NCBI RefSeq assembly: GCF_030028105.1
Contig: NC_092375.1
Coordinates: forward strand, 141,139,035-141,203,034
Direction: 5' to 3'
Length of the DNA stretch: 64,000 bases
Origin: Mobula birostris
Lineage: Eukaryota
Shown here: positions 1 to 10,600 of the stretch, one piece after another
How the letters are laid out: each line of letters opens with the position of its first letter
How positions within the stretch are numbered: position 1 is the first letter of the stretch
Position numbers and translations under genes: made by a program
Notes under the pieces: model-generated
What the model saw: only the letters and a program-made list of their open reading frames with translations
The model's database searches: none
Told to the model about the DNA's origin: nothing

Positions 1-583
1 TAACCCTCAGGTTCGGCCGGCAGTGTGAGTCTAGGGAAGACCGTCCTTGGCTCTGCCAAATGAGTGAAATCTGAGGTGCAAAACCTGCTGTTTGTGAAGA
101 TGCTGCGTGATGTGTTACCCTGTTACAAATCAGTACCACAAAGTAACAGACGGTACACCATATGCAATTGAATGATTTAGCTTCATAATTCTTAATTTGA
201 CTAGAAGGTTGGTAAAGCAAAACAAAAAGAAAAGGACCCATTTTAATGAAATAGTCTCATGTGCACCTTGGAGCTCATGGTTTCCCTTCTGGTGGTCCTC
301 CGTTGATTTCCACTGGGCTTCGTCGACTCCCAGTCCCTCTCCAAGTCCACTCCTTTCAGGCATCTTCTCTCTTCATCTTCCGCCGAACGAAAGACTCCGA
401 TCACCTCGTTCTCAGGCACACAGCGGGAAAAAAAACTCCCTTCATTGGATGGTGCGCATTCCAATGCCCCCGTTATCTCTAGTCATAACCCAAACACTGC
501 TGCTACAGAAAACCCATTGCATTAGCAGTGCTTCTACAGAAAAACCATTACATTAACCATGAAACCTTTGCCAGGGCGTTACA
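1..583. mobile_element. Probable solo LTR, clipped at the window start
   Basis: Ends ...ccagggcgttACA. Homologous along its length to 31195-32026, which ends ...cctgggtgttACA and interrupts a Rex fragment that is uninterrupted in the paralogous unit (~47820). Confidence 0.55.
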
Positions 584-1595
584 TATATGGCAGACAAGGT
601 TGGTCTTGATGATCCATGATGCTTAATGATCCTTTTTTCCAGTCAATGCCCTGCAATCTCTTCTCAGGACTTGTTCTGCTCTGCAACACACAGATCAATG
701 AAGGGATCATTATCCCAGTGCAAAGCCAGAATTCTAGTTACTTCATTTCCTGACTTTCTCACCCTCTGACCTCATATCTTGAATGTAAGTCTGAGGAACA
801 ACATAATATCTTCTCACTCAGTGTTGCATGAAATCAGGTCCATGGATTCAGTGAGTGGGGACAGAAGAGAATCACTGCCGGCAGTAAATTAACCATTTAC
901 AAGACAAGACAGACACTAAGCATTCAGTAAACCCTTCAAGCTAAACTCAGTTATCAATACTTATCTAAACGGAGCACCTGAAGTGGCAGGACAAAACAGA
1001 CACTAAACATAAACGCAATGGCAAATGCTTATCTAAAGAGTGCACCCGGGCCCTCTTTACTGCAGCACACCCCCACCTTTACTGTTACAATGGCACCCTT
1101 GACTACCTGGTCCAGAGTGACCGAGAGAGAGTGTATGTTAGATTTAAACTCTACCAGCGCCATGATGTCATCAACTAAACGTACACACAGTGTCTAATGA
1201 TTACCTAAAGTGTGCGCCTGGGCCCTCTTTACTGCAGCACACCCCCGCTCTTTACCATTTCCTTGATACCTTCGACTATCTGGTTCAAGGTAACCCGGAG
1301 AGTGAAAAAAAGACTGTGTGGTTACTGTGCGCTAGATTTAAACTCCACTGGCGCTGTGACATCACCAGCTAAATAGACGCTAGTGGGTGGGTGCTGCAAT
1401 GTTCCTGACATGGGCCAATCTCCACTTCCCATGGGTGAGTGGCTTTTGATGAGCACATAAGATAGACACTGCAACGTATCACCCCTTGAAAGACACAATG
1501 CCATGACGCTCGGCTCGCAGACTAGTACAACCCCCCATGAATGTCCCGCCAAACTGCATACAAAGCATAACACAATAATACCCAGAGTTATCAGC

Positions 1596-2560
1596 TCACC
1601 AATGTATTACAGTAGTCCACCAGCCTCCCAACACCCCGGAAGACCACCACCTTTCCCCTGGGGTGTAGTAGTTATGGAACCAACCCCCTACTTTCCTGAT
1701 CTTAGTTACTGACTGTTGGGTATGATCAGCCAGGTGAGGAATGTTCCCAGACTCGTTGGGTACGTAGGTGCAGCACTTCTGACCAATCACAGCACAGGTG
1801 CCACCTTTCTCCATTAGCAGGTAGTCTAAGGCCATCCAATTCTACAAGGCAAACCATTCAAATAGCCATCATCTCAGCTGGCACTGTTGGTCTTGATGAC
1901 CAACCGTGATGTACCATACAGGGGAAAGGCTATCATCCAGAACCTTTCTGCCTTGGTGATATGTCCCTTACTGTGCCACCCCACCTTGGGCAGGTTGTGA
2001 AGGTGGTATATCTATGGCACCGCTTACCCCAGATAGCAGCAGCTGTGCCATCCTGCAGGCAGCCATGGGCAGGCCTGGGTAGCGCATATCTAGTACGTAA
2101 CATTTGGCGTTGAGGGAGTGCCCATCTTCACAGTACCAATCAGTGTCGACACAGTCATCCAAAGATACTGCTTCCCCTCACTCTCGTTATGCCCTGCTGA
2201 CTGTTTGGACCTGAGCTCATCGTACCACCTGCGCCATGCATCTTCCCCTTCCCTGTTGGCCAAGGGATCACTCTCTGAGAAATCATATGTCAGGAAGTAC
2301 CAGTCCTGAAAACACTGACTCCACCGGGAACTACTGAGATTCAAGTTCTTTAAGGCCATTCCCATAATATGGGGTGAGGTTGGCTGGAAGGGGCTACCCC
2401 CTCCCAATTTCCCCAAAGCAGAATACCAAAACCTGAGAAGCTAGACGAGTTTCTCCTGCAGTCTTGTTCTTCTTCATTAAAGGGTATCGGTATTAGCAGC
2501 ACCCTCATGCAGACCCAACAGTGTGAAGGAGTGTTGTGGATTGCACACTTGTATGCCATG
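1596..2560 (-). pseudogene. env: Retroviral env pseudogene (gamma-type SU-TM)
   Basis: ORF 1596-1835 has the immunosuppressive-domain tail (MALDYLL) and CX6CC (CAVIGQKCC). ORF 2350-2559 has CWVC (CxxC). Broken by frameshifts and stops. Confidence 0.88.
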
Positions 2561-4695
2561 GTAGAAATTTGTTTTAGGATCTCACACCCACCACCCCGTC
2601 AACATCTACGGCTTTGCCATTCTGTAATGCAAGGAGACAAAAAAACTTACTCCCTCCTGGTTAGTTGCCGGGTACTTAGGCAGACTAACCCCCTTTCCCC
2701 GGGTAATGCTACCTATCTTGTACTCCTTGGTTCCCCTGCCACGATCTCCCCATGCCTTGGGTGTCTCTGCGGATGATGCACCCAAACCTTCTCTGATTCC
2801 TCCTGCAACTCCACCTCTCCTATCTTTGGAGGATTCCACACCGCCAAGAGCCAGGACATCGGGAACTCTCCTGGGCCCACTGGCTGGGAATTCAGGTTAT
2901 CCACCATCTGCTACATCACACTCAGCTGCCCCGGAAAGGTGCGGGGTGGGGGTTAAAAACTTGATCTGCTGTTTCAACAGCCCGGTCATTCACTCGATCA
3001 GACCCCCACCCGCCGCCTATGAGTAGTAGGGGACGTGGAACACCCACAGAATGCCGGACTCCGCAGCCCACTCCTGGACTTCGACCCCTGCAAGATGTGA
3101 GCCATTGTCTGAGCAGGCATGTGGGCTCCCACCAGCCATTCGCCCAACGCCTGCTGCCACTGATGATCCAATGGTGCCTTTTTCAGAGCTTCCAGTACGG
3201 GATATAAAGAACTCTGAATGAAATGCAAGGAATCCTGGGAGGGCAGAAGGAGCCCTCATTGGGGGAGGGCTTGGAGATTGACCCTTCTCCCTTAAAGGTC
3301 TCTTTGCCTCTCTTCTGCTGGTAATGCTCCCTCATCATGGTGTAGAGGGTGGGATTGGGAACCACAGTTACCTGCTCCTTAGAGTCGTTGACACTGAGCA
3401 GCACAAGAAACATTTCCTTGTGGGTTATGCAGGGTCCTCTACCCCCAGGCTGCGGTACCCCTTATCACCAGTACCCATAAGGGCAGCACCACTCCCTTTA
3501 GACCATGAGCTGCTGCTTTAACTAAGTACCCAGCCATGGTCAAGGTTAAGCTATGACCCTCCAGTAGGATCACAGTGTCCGGAGCCCATTGGTAAAGGGC
3601 TCCGGTCTCTTCCTCCACTGTATTCCACTGCAAATACCGCTCGAAGAGTGAGGAATAACTGATCTTCACGGCCACTATCATTCTGCCCCATAGCAATTCC
3701 TCACCCCCTTGGGAAGCAGGTGGCACTCTCAGGACATTGTTAATTACATGGTGAGATGATAGACTACCCCCAAGCCACCTTGCTCCCTGTTGGATAAGCT
3801 CACTCCAGCAAGTCCACATCCCTGATCCTCAGAGGCTCCCCTGGCTGTACATGTCTTCCAACTCTGCCAGTTCCTTAGTGGAGAACTCCTTGCTGGTAGT
3901 TGTCTCAGTGAGGCCAACAGAGTTACCCTCCCCGGGACCCTCTCCCTCATACTGATCCTCTCCCCCAGAATGGCTGTTCTTCCTCACCTTGTTCCATGGA
4001 GGCCAGAGGGGATATGGGCCAGTGGCCTCTTTTCTGGGTCTGGGACCATGTGACCACCAGTCTGGTTTGTACTAGTGCAACTGCACAGGGGCAGCAAAGG
4101 GCACTCACTTAGAGGAGGAGCCCTGATGCTCTCTTTTAACCTTTCACCCCCACCTCACCTTCTAACCAAACGTCTCCATCCCACATCCATGTGTATGGTC
4201 GCCTCCCCACAACATCAGGGCCTAGCCCTTAATGGGGTTCAGTTGCCAGTAGGCCCTGCGAGTAGACTTTAACTGCTGCAACTTTACTAGTCCACAGGGC
4301 CTCTCTGTATTCTTATCCTCTAGCTCTTTAGACCAAGTCTATGCTGACAGAGCAGCCTCCCCAATCCATTGTAACTCATCTCTGGTTTAGCACTTCCAGT
4401 TCCCCTTCTATGAAATTGTCTCGTACTGTGGCTTCCGATATCCAGGAAGCACCTCTCTACCTCTTCTTCCTCTTACGGATCCCTCATTTAGTACAGACAC
4501 GATGTGATATCAGGAGTAAAACTTTTTAACCAATCTACAGGTCATAGTCCAGCAGTAAGTTGGCGGGACCCCCAAGTCCAGCACTGTTGTCAATCTACCC
4601 CAGGGCTCAACATTCCTCACACAGAGGTGGGGTGGAGGGATGGTTCTCTCTCTTATTTTTCCTTTTAAAGATATTCATCTTCCGTTCAATGAACA

Positions 4696-4714
4696 AACCC
4701 TGCTCACTGTGCCA
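4696..4714 (-). promoter_or_regulatory. ERV primer-binding site, tRNA-Ser type
   Basis: Minus strand reads TGGCACAGTGAGCAGGGTT, 2 nt from the LTR. It differs from the complement of a vertebrate tRNA-Ser 3' end (TGGCGCAGCGAGCAGGGTT, from memory) by two CpG-type transitions. Confidence 0.7.
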
Positions 4715-5828
4715 ATTGTGTGAAGTCAAGTTCACCTGTTCGGTAAGTGAGGACAGAAGAGACTCACTACCGGCAAATAGGTTTACAATTTATTTATAAG
4801 ACAAGATAGACATTAAATATTCAGTAAACCTTTCAAGCTAAACTCATCTACAGATACTAAACTGAGCACCTGAAGTGTCAGGGCAAAACAGACACTGAAC
4901 ATACACACAGTGGCAAATATTTATTTAAAGTGTGCACCCGGGCCCTCTTTACTGCAGCACACTCCCACCGCATACTGTTACTATGGCACCTCGACTACCT
5001 GGTCCAGGGTGACCTGGAGAGAGTGTATGCTAGATTTAAACTCTACCAGTGCCATGACATCATCAACTAAACAGAAGCTATGCTCCTTAAATGAGCAAAT
5101 CCCCACCAACCACGGGGGAGACAGTTACTTCCATATTGGGTCTTCCTGACTCAGCACTGCGGCCAACAATTTCAGTACTCAGCATTTCCGGCATGTTTAA
5201 TCCAAATTTCCAGAATCTCTTCCACATTCCTCTTGTACATTCAGACTTAACATACATCAATGCTGGAGGAACACCTATGAACAGCAGGTTAGGCAGCATC
5301 TATGAACAGTCAAGACTGATAACAGGTCTCAGCCTTAAACATTGACTGTTCATTTCTCTCCGTGGATGTTGTCTGACCTGCTGAGTTCCTCTGTCATTTA
5401 GTGTGTGCTCCTCTAGATTTCCAGCATCTTCAGAATTTCTGTGTCTACATTCAATTTTCTTTTATTACTCTGTTTGTTTAACCGGCACCTTCTTTTTCCT
5501 TCAGCTTTCACTCTTTTTATTCTTTAGTTTCTACTGGCTTCCACTCTATCACTATTTCATTTGTTCTGCCCTCCTCTCCCACTTTTGTCTGCACCATATA
5601 AGTTGCTTCATCTATTCACAGCCTGAAACATTAGTGGATTACATCCCACGCAGACTACGGCGTGGTCTCATACACTATTTGCCTTACCCCAACCTATGGC
5701 TGACCTAATCTTCTGAGTCCTAAGATCTCCCAGCCTCAGTCATTGCATGACCAGGAGCCAGACTACACAGATGGTGGTAGGAAAAGCCCTGCTGATGGAT
5801 TGTTCTGTCAAAAGCTCTTTGCAGTAAC

Positions 5829-6135
5829 CTGGGCCGACATGGTTGCCACAAGAGGACACAGGTTTAAGGTGCTGGGGAGTAGGTACAGAGAAGATGTCAG
5901 GGGTAAGTTTTTTTCTCAGAGAGTGGCGAGTGCGTGGAATGGGCTGCCGGCAATGGTGGTGGAGGCAGATACGATAGGGTCTTTAAAGAGACTTTTGGAC
6001 AGGTACATGGAGCTTAGAAAAATAGAGGGCTATGGGTAAGTCTAGCAATTTCTAAGGTAGGGACATGTTCAGCACAACTTTGTGGGTCGAAGGGCCTGTA
6101 TTGTGCTGTAGGTTTTCTATGTTTCTATGTTTCTA
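5829..6135 (+). mobile_element. CR1 LINE 3' fragment
   Basis: TRGHRFKV...FFSQRVASAWNGLP..VVEADTIGSLKRLLDRYM (CR1 ORF2 C-terminus) followed by a (TTTCTATG)n tail. Confidence 0.9.
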
Positions 6136-6139
6136 GATC

Positions 6140-6920
6140 AACTGGGTTAGTGATGTTGCAAAAACAACTCACACTCAATTTCAGCAGACCAAGGAAGGGA
6201 TTGTTAATTTCAGAAAGGGAAAGTCAGGAGAACACACACCAGTCCTGGTAGAGAGGTCAGTGGTGGAAAAGGTGATAGTTTTAAGTCCTGGGCATCAACA
6301 TCTTGGAGGATCTACCGTGGGCCCACGTGTCTTATTCGTGATTACTGAGGTAATCACAGATAAGACACGCCAGGGTCTCTACTGATGGTGAATCTATGGA
6401 ATTTGTTGCCACGGGCGGCAGTGGAGGCCAAGTTATTGGGTGTATTTAAGGCAAAATTGATAGGTATCTGAGTAGCCAGGGCATCAAAGGTTATGGTGAG
6501 AAGGCGGGGGAGTCGGACTAAATGGGAGAATGGATCAGCTCATGATAAAATGGCAGAGCAGACTCGATGGGCCAAATGGCCGACTTCTGCTCCTTTGTCT
6601 TATGGTCTTACTTCTGTAAGAGTTTGAGACGACAAATATTCTTTGTATGTCAACAAAGATTCTTGCAAATTTCTGAGATGTAGAGCAGAGATCATTCCAA
6701 CTGGTTGCAGCATCACCTAGTATAAAGATTCCATTGCACAGGATTGACAGAAGGTTATAGACTCGGTCAGATCCATCACAGGAACATCCCTCCCACCATC
6801 AGAAAGTAGTTCCTCAAGAAGGTCACATCAACTCTTTGAGGATCCTCTCCATTTGGGACATGCCATCTTCTTTATACTATCAATGGGGAGGAGGACAGGA
6901 CCATGGAGACCCATCTTCAA
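6140..6920 (+). mobile_element. Old Rex/Babar-type LINE fragment with a nested CR1 3' end (~6385-6610)
   Basis: Degenerate DNA coding KTKE..VDFRK. Paralogous fragments at ~31000-32370 and ~47620-48170. Confidence 0.6.
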
Positions 6921-7374
6921 CTGTACATTGTTGAATATTCACCTACAGTACAAGGGAGACAATATTGGAGTTGCTGCAATGAAACAGATGATCATTTCAA
7001 TGATATCTCATTCCTAATAATGTCTGAACAATCTCGTGGTTCCCCAAAGACTCATTCCTTCAAAATATCACTATTTCAGATTTTAAGCAAAGTTTAAAGA
7101 AAAAGCTGATGGCAAATTTGAACAACACAAAGGCTTCAGCCTTGCTGTAATTGAAATAAGTAGTCCAGGATGCATGGCAACCTTTCTAGTGTCTGATGTT
7201 AATTTTAAAGCAGCAAATTGCCCAACACGTCCGGAGAATACACCAGACAAAGGAGATATCACTCACAGTAAGGGACAAGCTGACCAGAGTATAATAACTG
7301 GATGAACCCCCGTCGATCAGTGACAACCACAATGACCTCTAGAAGCAGTTCCGTGAATAAACAGTACAGTATAT

Positions 7375-7380
7375 TTTATT
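7375..7380 (-). terminator. Polyadenylation signal of SPP2-like copy 1 (long isoform)
   Basis: AATAAA ~230 nt after the stop codon, in a 3' UTR conserved in all three copies (equivalents at 33197-33202 and 48548-48553). Confidence 0.7.
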
Positions 7381-7606
7381 ACTATAATTTGATCCATAAT
7401 ATATTAAACAATAATATACAGCAAAGGACAGAACATTTACAAACAATCAAATCTCCCATTTTACAACAAAATGTACAGTCAGGAGCTCCAGGCCCCTCAG
7501 ACTTGGACATGAGTGAGTACAGTACAATTGTTAACATCTTGTAGATTCTGAATGAGGTCTTCTTGCGTTCACATTGAGTTCAGACTCTGTGGAGTTTCTT
7601 TCACGG

Positions 7607-10600
7607 TCAGTGCAGGGCTCTCGAGTCCTCATTTTGTTCCTGGAATGGAAAGATGAATAGATTTGTAATTTTCATCTGGACTGAGCTCACTCTAACATCA
7701 ATGTTCTGTCATTAGTTTTAATGATGATCACATCAGACACAAAGCTTTAGTTTATACTTACATTCGAAGGCTCCTCCATTGATAATTCTGTTGATTTGCT
7801 TTTCATCTGTTTTATGAGATAAAATTTTGCAGTATTAGAAATCATTTCTATGTACAAAGTCAAATGAGGTTTAGTTTGAAATTGGGTGTGTGAAATCACT
7901 TTAATTTCGGAACTGTAGGTTAGTGAGAAATCTACAGCAAACACCACTATCAATTTGAATTTCAGCAAAATATAAAGGCAATGGGACTCTAAGATTGAAT
8001 GTTACAAAGGATGGCATTGGATTGGAAAGGGTGCACAAAAGATTTATGGGAATGTTACTAAGTCTGGAGGGCTTTGGTTATAAGGAGAGGCTGGATAGGC
8101 TTGGAGTTGCTTCCGTTGACCATAGGAAGATGGATAAAGATGTAATTTAGATTTATAAAATTATAAGACGGAAAGCCAAAGTATTTTCCAGAGGGTAGGA
8201 GACTCTAAAACTGAAGAGCGCAAGTTTAAAGTCAGCGAGGAGAGATTTAGAAGTGATCTGAAGGGAATATTTTTTCACAGTGATGGTGGATTTATGGAAT
8301 GATCTGCCAGAGGAATTGGCAGAGGCAGGTACAATGATGGCACTTATAATGCATTTAGACAGCTCCATAGATCGGAAAAGTTTCAAGGGATATGGGTCAA
8401 AAGCAGGGAAATTTCAATAAGCTGATTTCGGCAACTTGATCAGCACAGATGAACTGAATCAAATGATCTGTTACTGCATTGTATATCCCTATGACTCTAT
8501 TAATCTAAGAGAGATGATTCTTTCACCAATTGGTCTTGACTGGGCTGACATATCTCAGTCTCTGTGCCAGTAATTATATACAATTAAATGAGGAAATTTA
8601 AGAGATGCTCCTTTCATGAAGCCACAGTTATATCTTTCTACAGACCATGATTGTCCCCTGGAGAGAGTGCCTTTTCTAGCTTTACTTCAATATTAAGTGA
8701 AGATCAAACTCAAATTCAGGCTGAAGTTGGGCATCATCAGGAATTGAATGGAGAATATTCTATAAAATTTGTGCATTTATATGCCCTCTCTGTCTATCTC
8801 TAGATCTGGGGTTCCCTACCTTTTTTATGCCATGGACCAATATTATTATGCAAGGAGTCCATGGGCCTCAGGTTGGGAACCCCTGCTCGAGATAGTCATT
8901 AATTAAGTTTACACAAATTAGGTTTCATCACTATATTATGGTTGAAAATCAATAGATAAAATTTCCAAGATTAGACTTACATCAGAAGGCTCTTCGACTG
9001 ATGTCACTTTTGACTTGCTGTCTACCTGCATGAAAAAAATCAATATTTATATACTTAGCATGTTTATTAATAAAGGTTTGTGGAGTAACCTTTGAACAAA
9101 TCTTTAATGATTGAATTAGAAATGACCTTAGATATATCAGGCTTTGAGATTCAGTACAGCAGTGGATAATTGCTCACCAAAGCAATTACGATCTGCAACA
9201 GCGATCAACATAGCTTGGATGTTGTGAGATTTGGGGTGGGGTGGGGTCAGAAGATAATTCAAGAAACAGTGTCATTCTCACCGACATTTGGTCTGTAATT
9301 GGTGAATGTTACAGACACTGCCCTCATGTCTAACACCCATTCTAGTTGATATCTAGATCATTTTATCCTTGAGAGAACAAACTCATTCTCTGTATTGGAG
9401 CCTCAACAATTTGCCTCTCAGCTCAACTTCCCCATAGGAATCAAATCACCGAATCCCTTTCTCAATGCACTGACCAAAGTAAATGGTTCTCTTTCCCTCT
9501 CTTCTAACATGGTCAAGTCCAAGATGTTAAACATTTTAACTTGCAATCAAGATCAAATAGATCATCAGCATTTTTTTCCATTCATACTCACATCAGCTGA
9601 ATCCTCAAGAGATGTCTCTTTTGATTTGTCTTTTTCCTGTATGGAAATAATATTTACATATATATTTAGTACAGGACAGTGAGAAATTTTGAAAATACAT
9701 AAACTGAAAAATTCCCAGCTTGCACAAGTATTAAATATTGAAATATAATGGAGTCTATGTTCACTCTGGGCTTTTCAGCAGCAAATGCAGCAGGTCATTG
9801 AGAAGGCAAATTGCCTTTATGCAAGAAGGCTTGAGAACAAGAGTAGTACAGTTGTTTCAAGCTCTGGTGAGGATTGTGTAGTTTTGGTCGGCTGATCTGA
9901 AAAAGGATATGCTTGAGAAAGAGGATGAAGCATGGTTCTGCCTGGGTAGAGTCTGGGATGGTGCATTTGGAACATGAGGAATAATCTCTATTATTTACAG
10001 CTTGGAAGAATGAGAGGTAATTGCCTTACAGTGAACAAAATTATGAGAGGTCTTGGCTAGTTAGAAAGGTGGGATATTTTGCCTATCTAAGGAGTTGAGA
10101 GCTTGGGTTGCAGTCTCAGGATAAGGGATTGGCCAATTGGAAATGTGGTGAGATGCAATCTCTTCACCAAGATGGTGAATTTTTGGAATTTGCTACCCCA
10201 CAGAGCTGTGGAGGCTCATTCACTGAGTTAATTCAAAACAGTAACTGGTGGATTGATGGATATTAAGGGAATCAAGAATTACAGTGTTACCATAGGAAAA
10301 TGGTTTGAGGTAGAAGTTAATATTCAATATTTTCTCAGTCTTCTCTCTCTCTCACCCACAGTCTGGAACAGGCCTATTATAAAGTAAGACCCTTGGTATT
10401 CTGACAGTTCAGTCAAGGTTTCACATCTTACTGAGAATCTGAAGGTAACATTTTCCAAATTAAACTTACGTTTAGAGATTCTTCTTCCAGTGAATTTTCT
10501 TCTGACTGGCTTTCGACCTACGTAAAAAAACATAAACATCCTAACATTAACACAGTAGGACAGAAAGCATAAATAGATGACCTCCAATAAATAGAAAACA

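Larger units (their letters stand above)
822..5133 (-). mobile_element. Degenerate, internally deleted endogenous retrovirus (LTR - gag/pol remnants - env - LTR)
   Basis: Diverged direct repeats at ~822-1481 and ~4717-5133. PBS next to the right LTR. Integrase remnant (WVFHVPYYS..GLIE*MTGLLKQQIK, ~2950-3045). Env SU CWVC and TM MALDYLL..CAVIGQKCC. The flanks (~815 and ~5137) are directly joined in the paralogous unit at ~63205. Confidence 0.88.

Noticed and set aside
1596-2560. Domesticated (syncytin-like) env gene
   Set aside because: Env is split by several frameshifts and stops.
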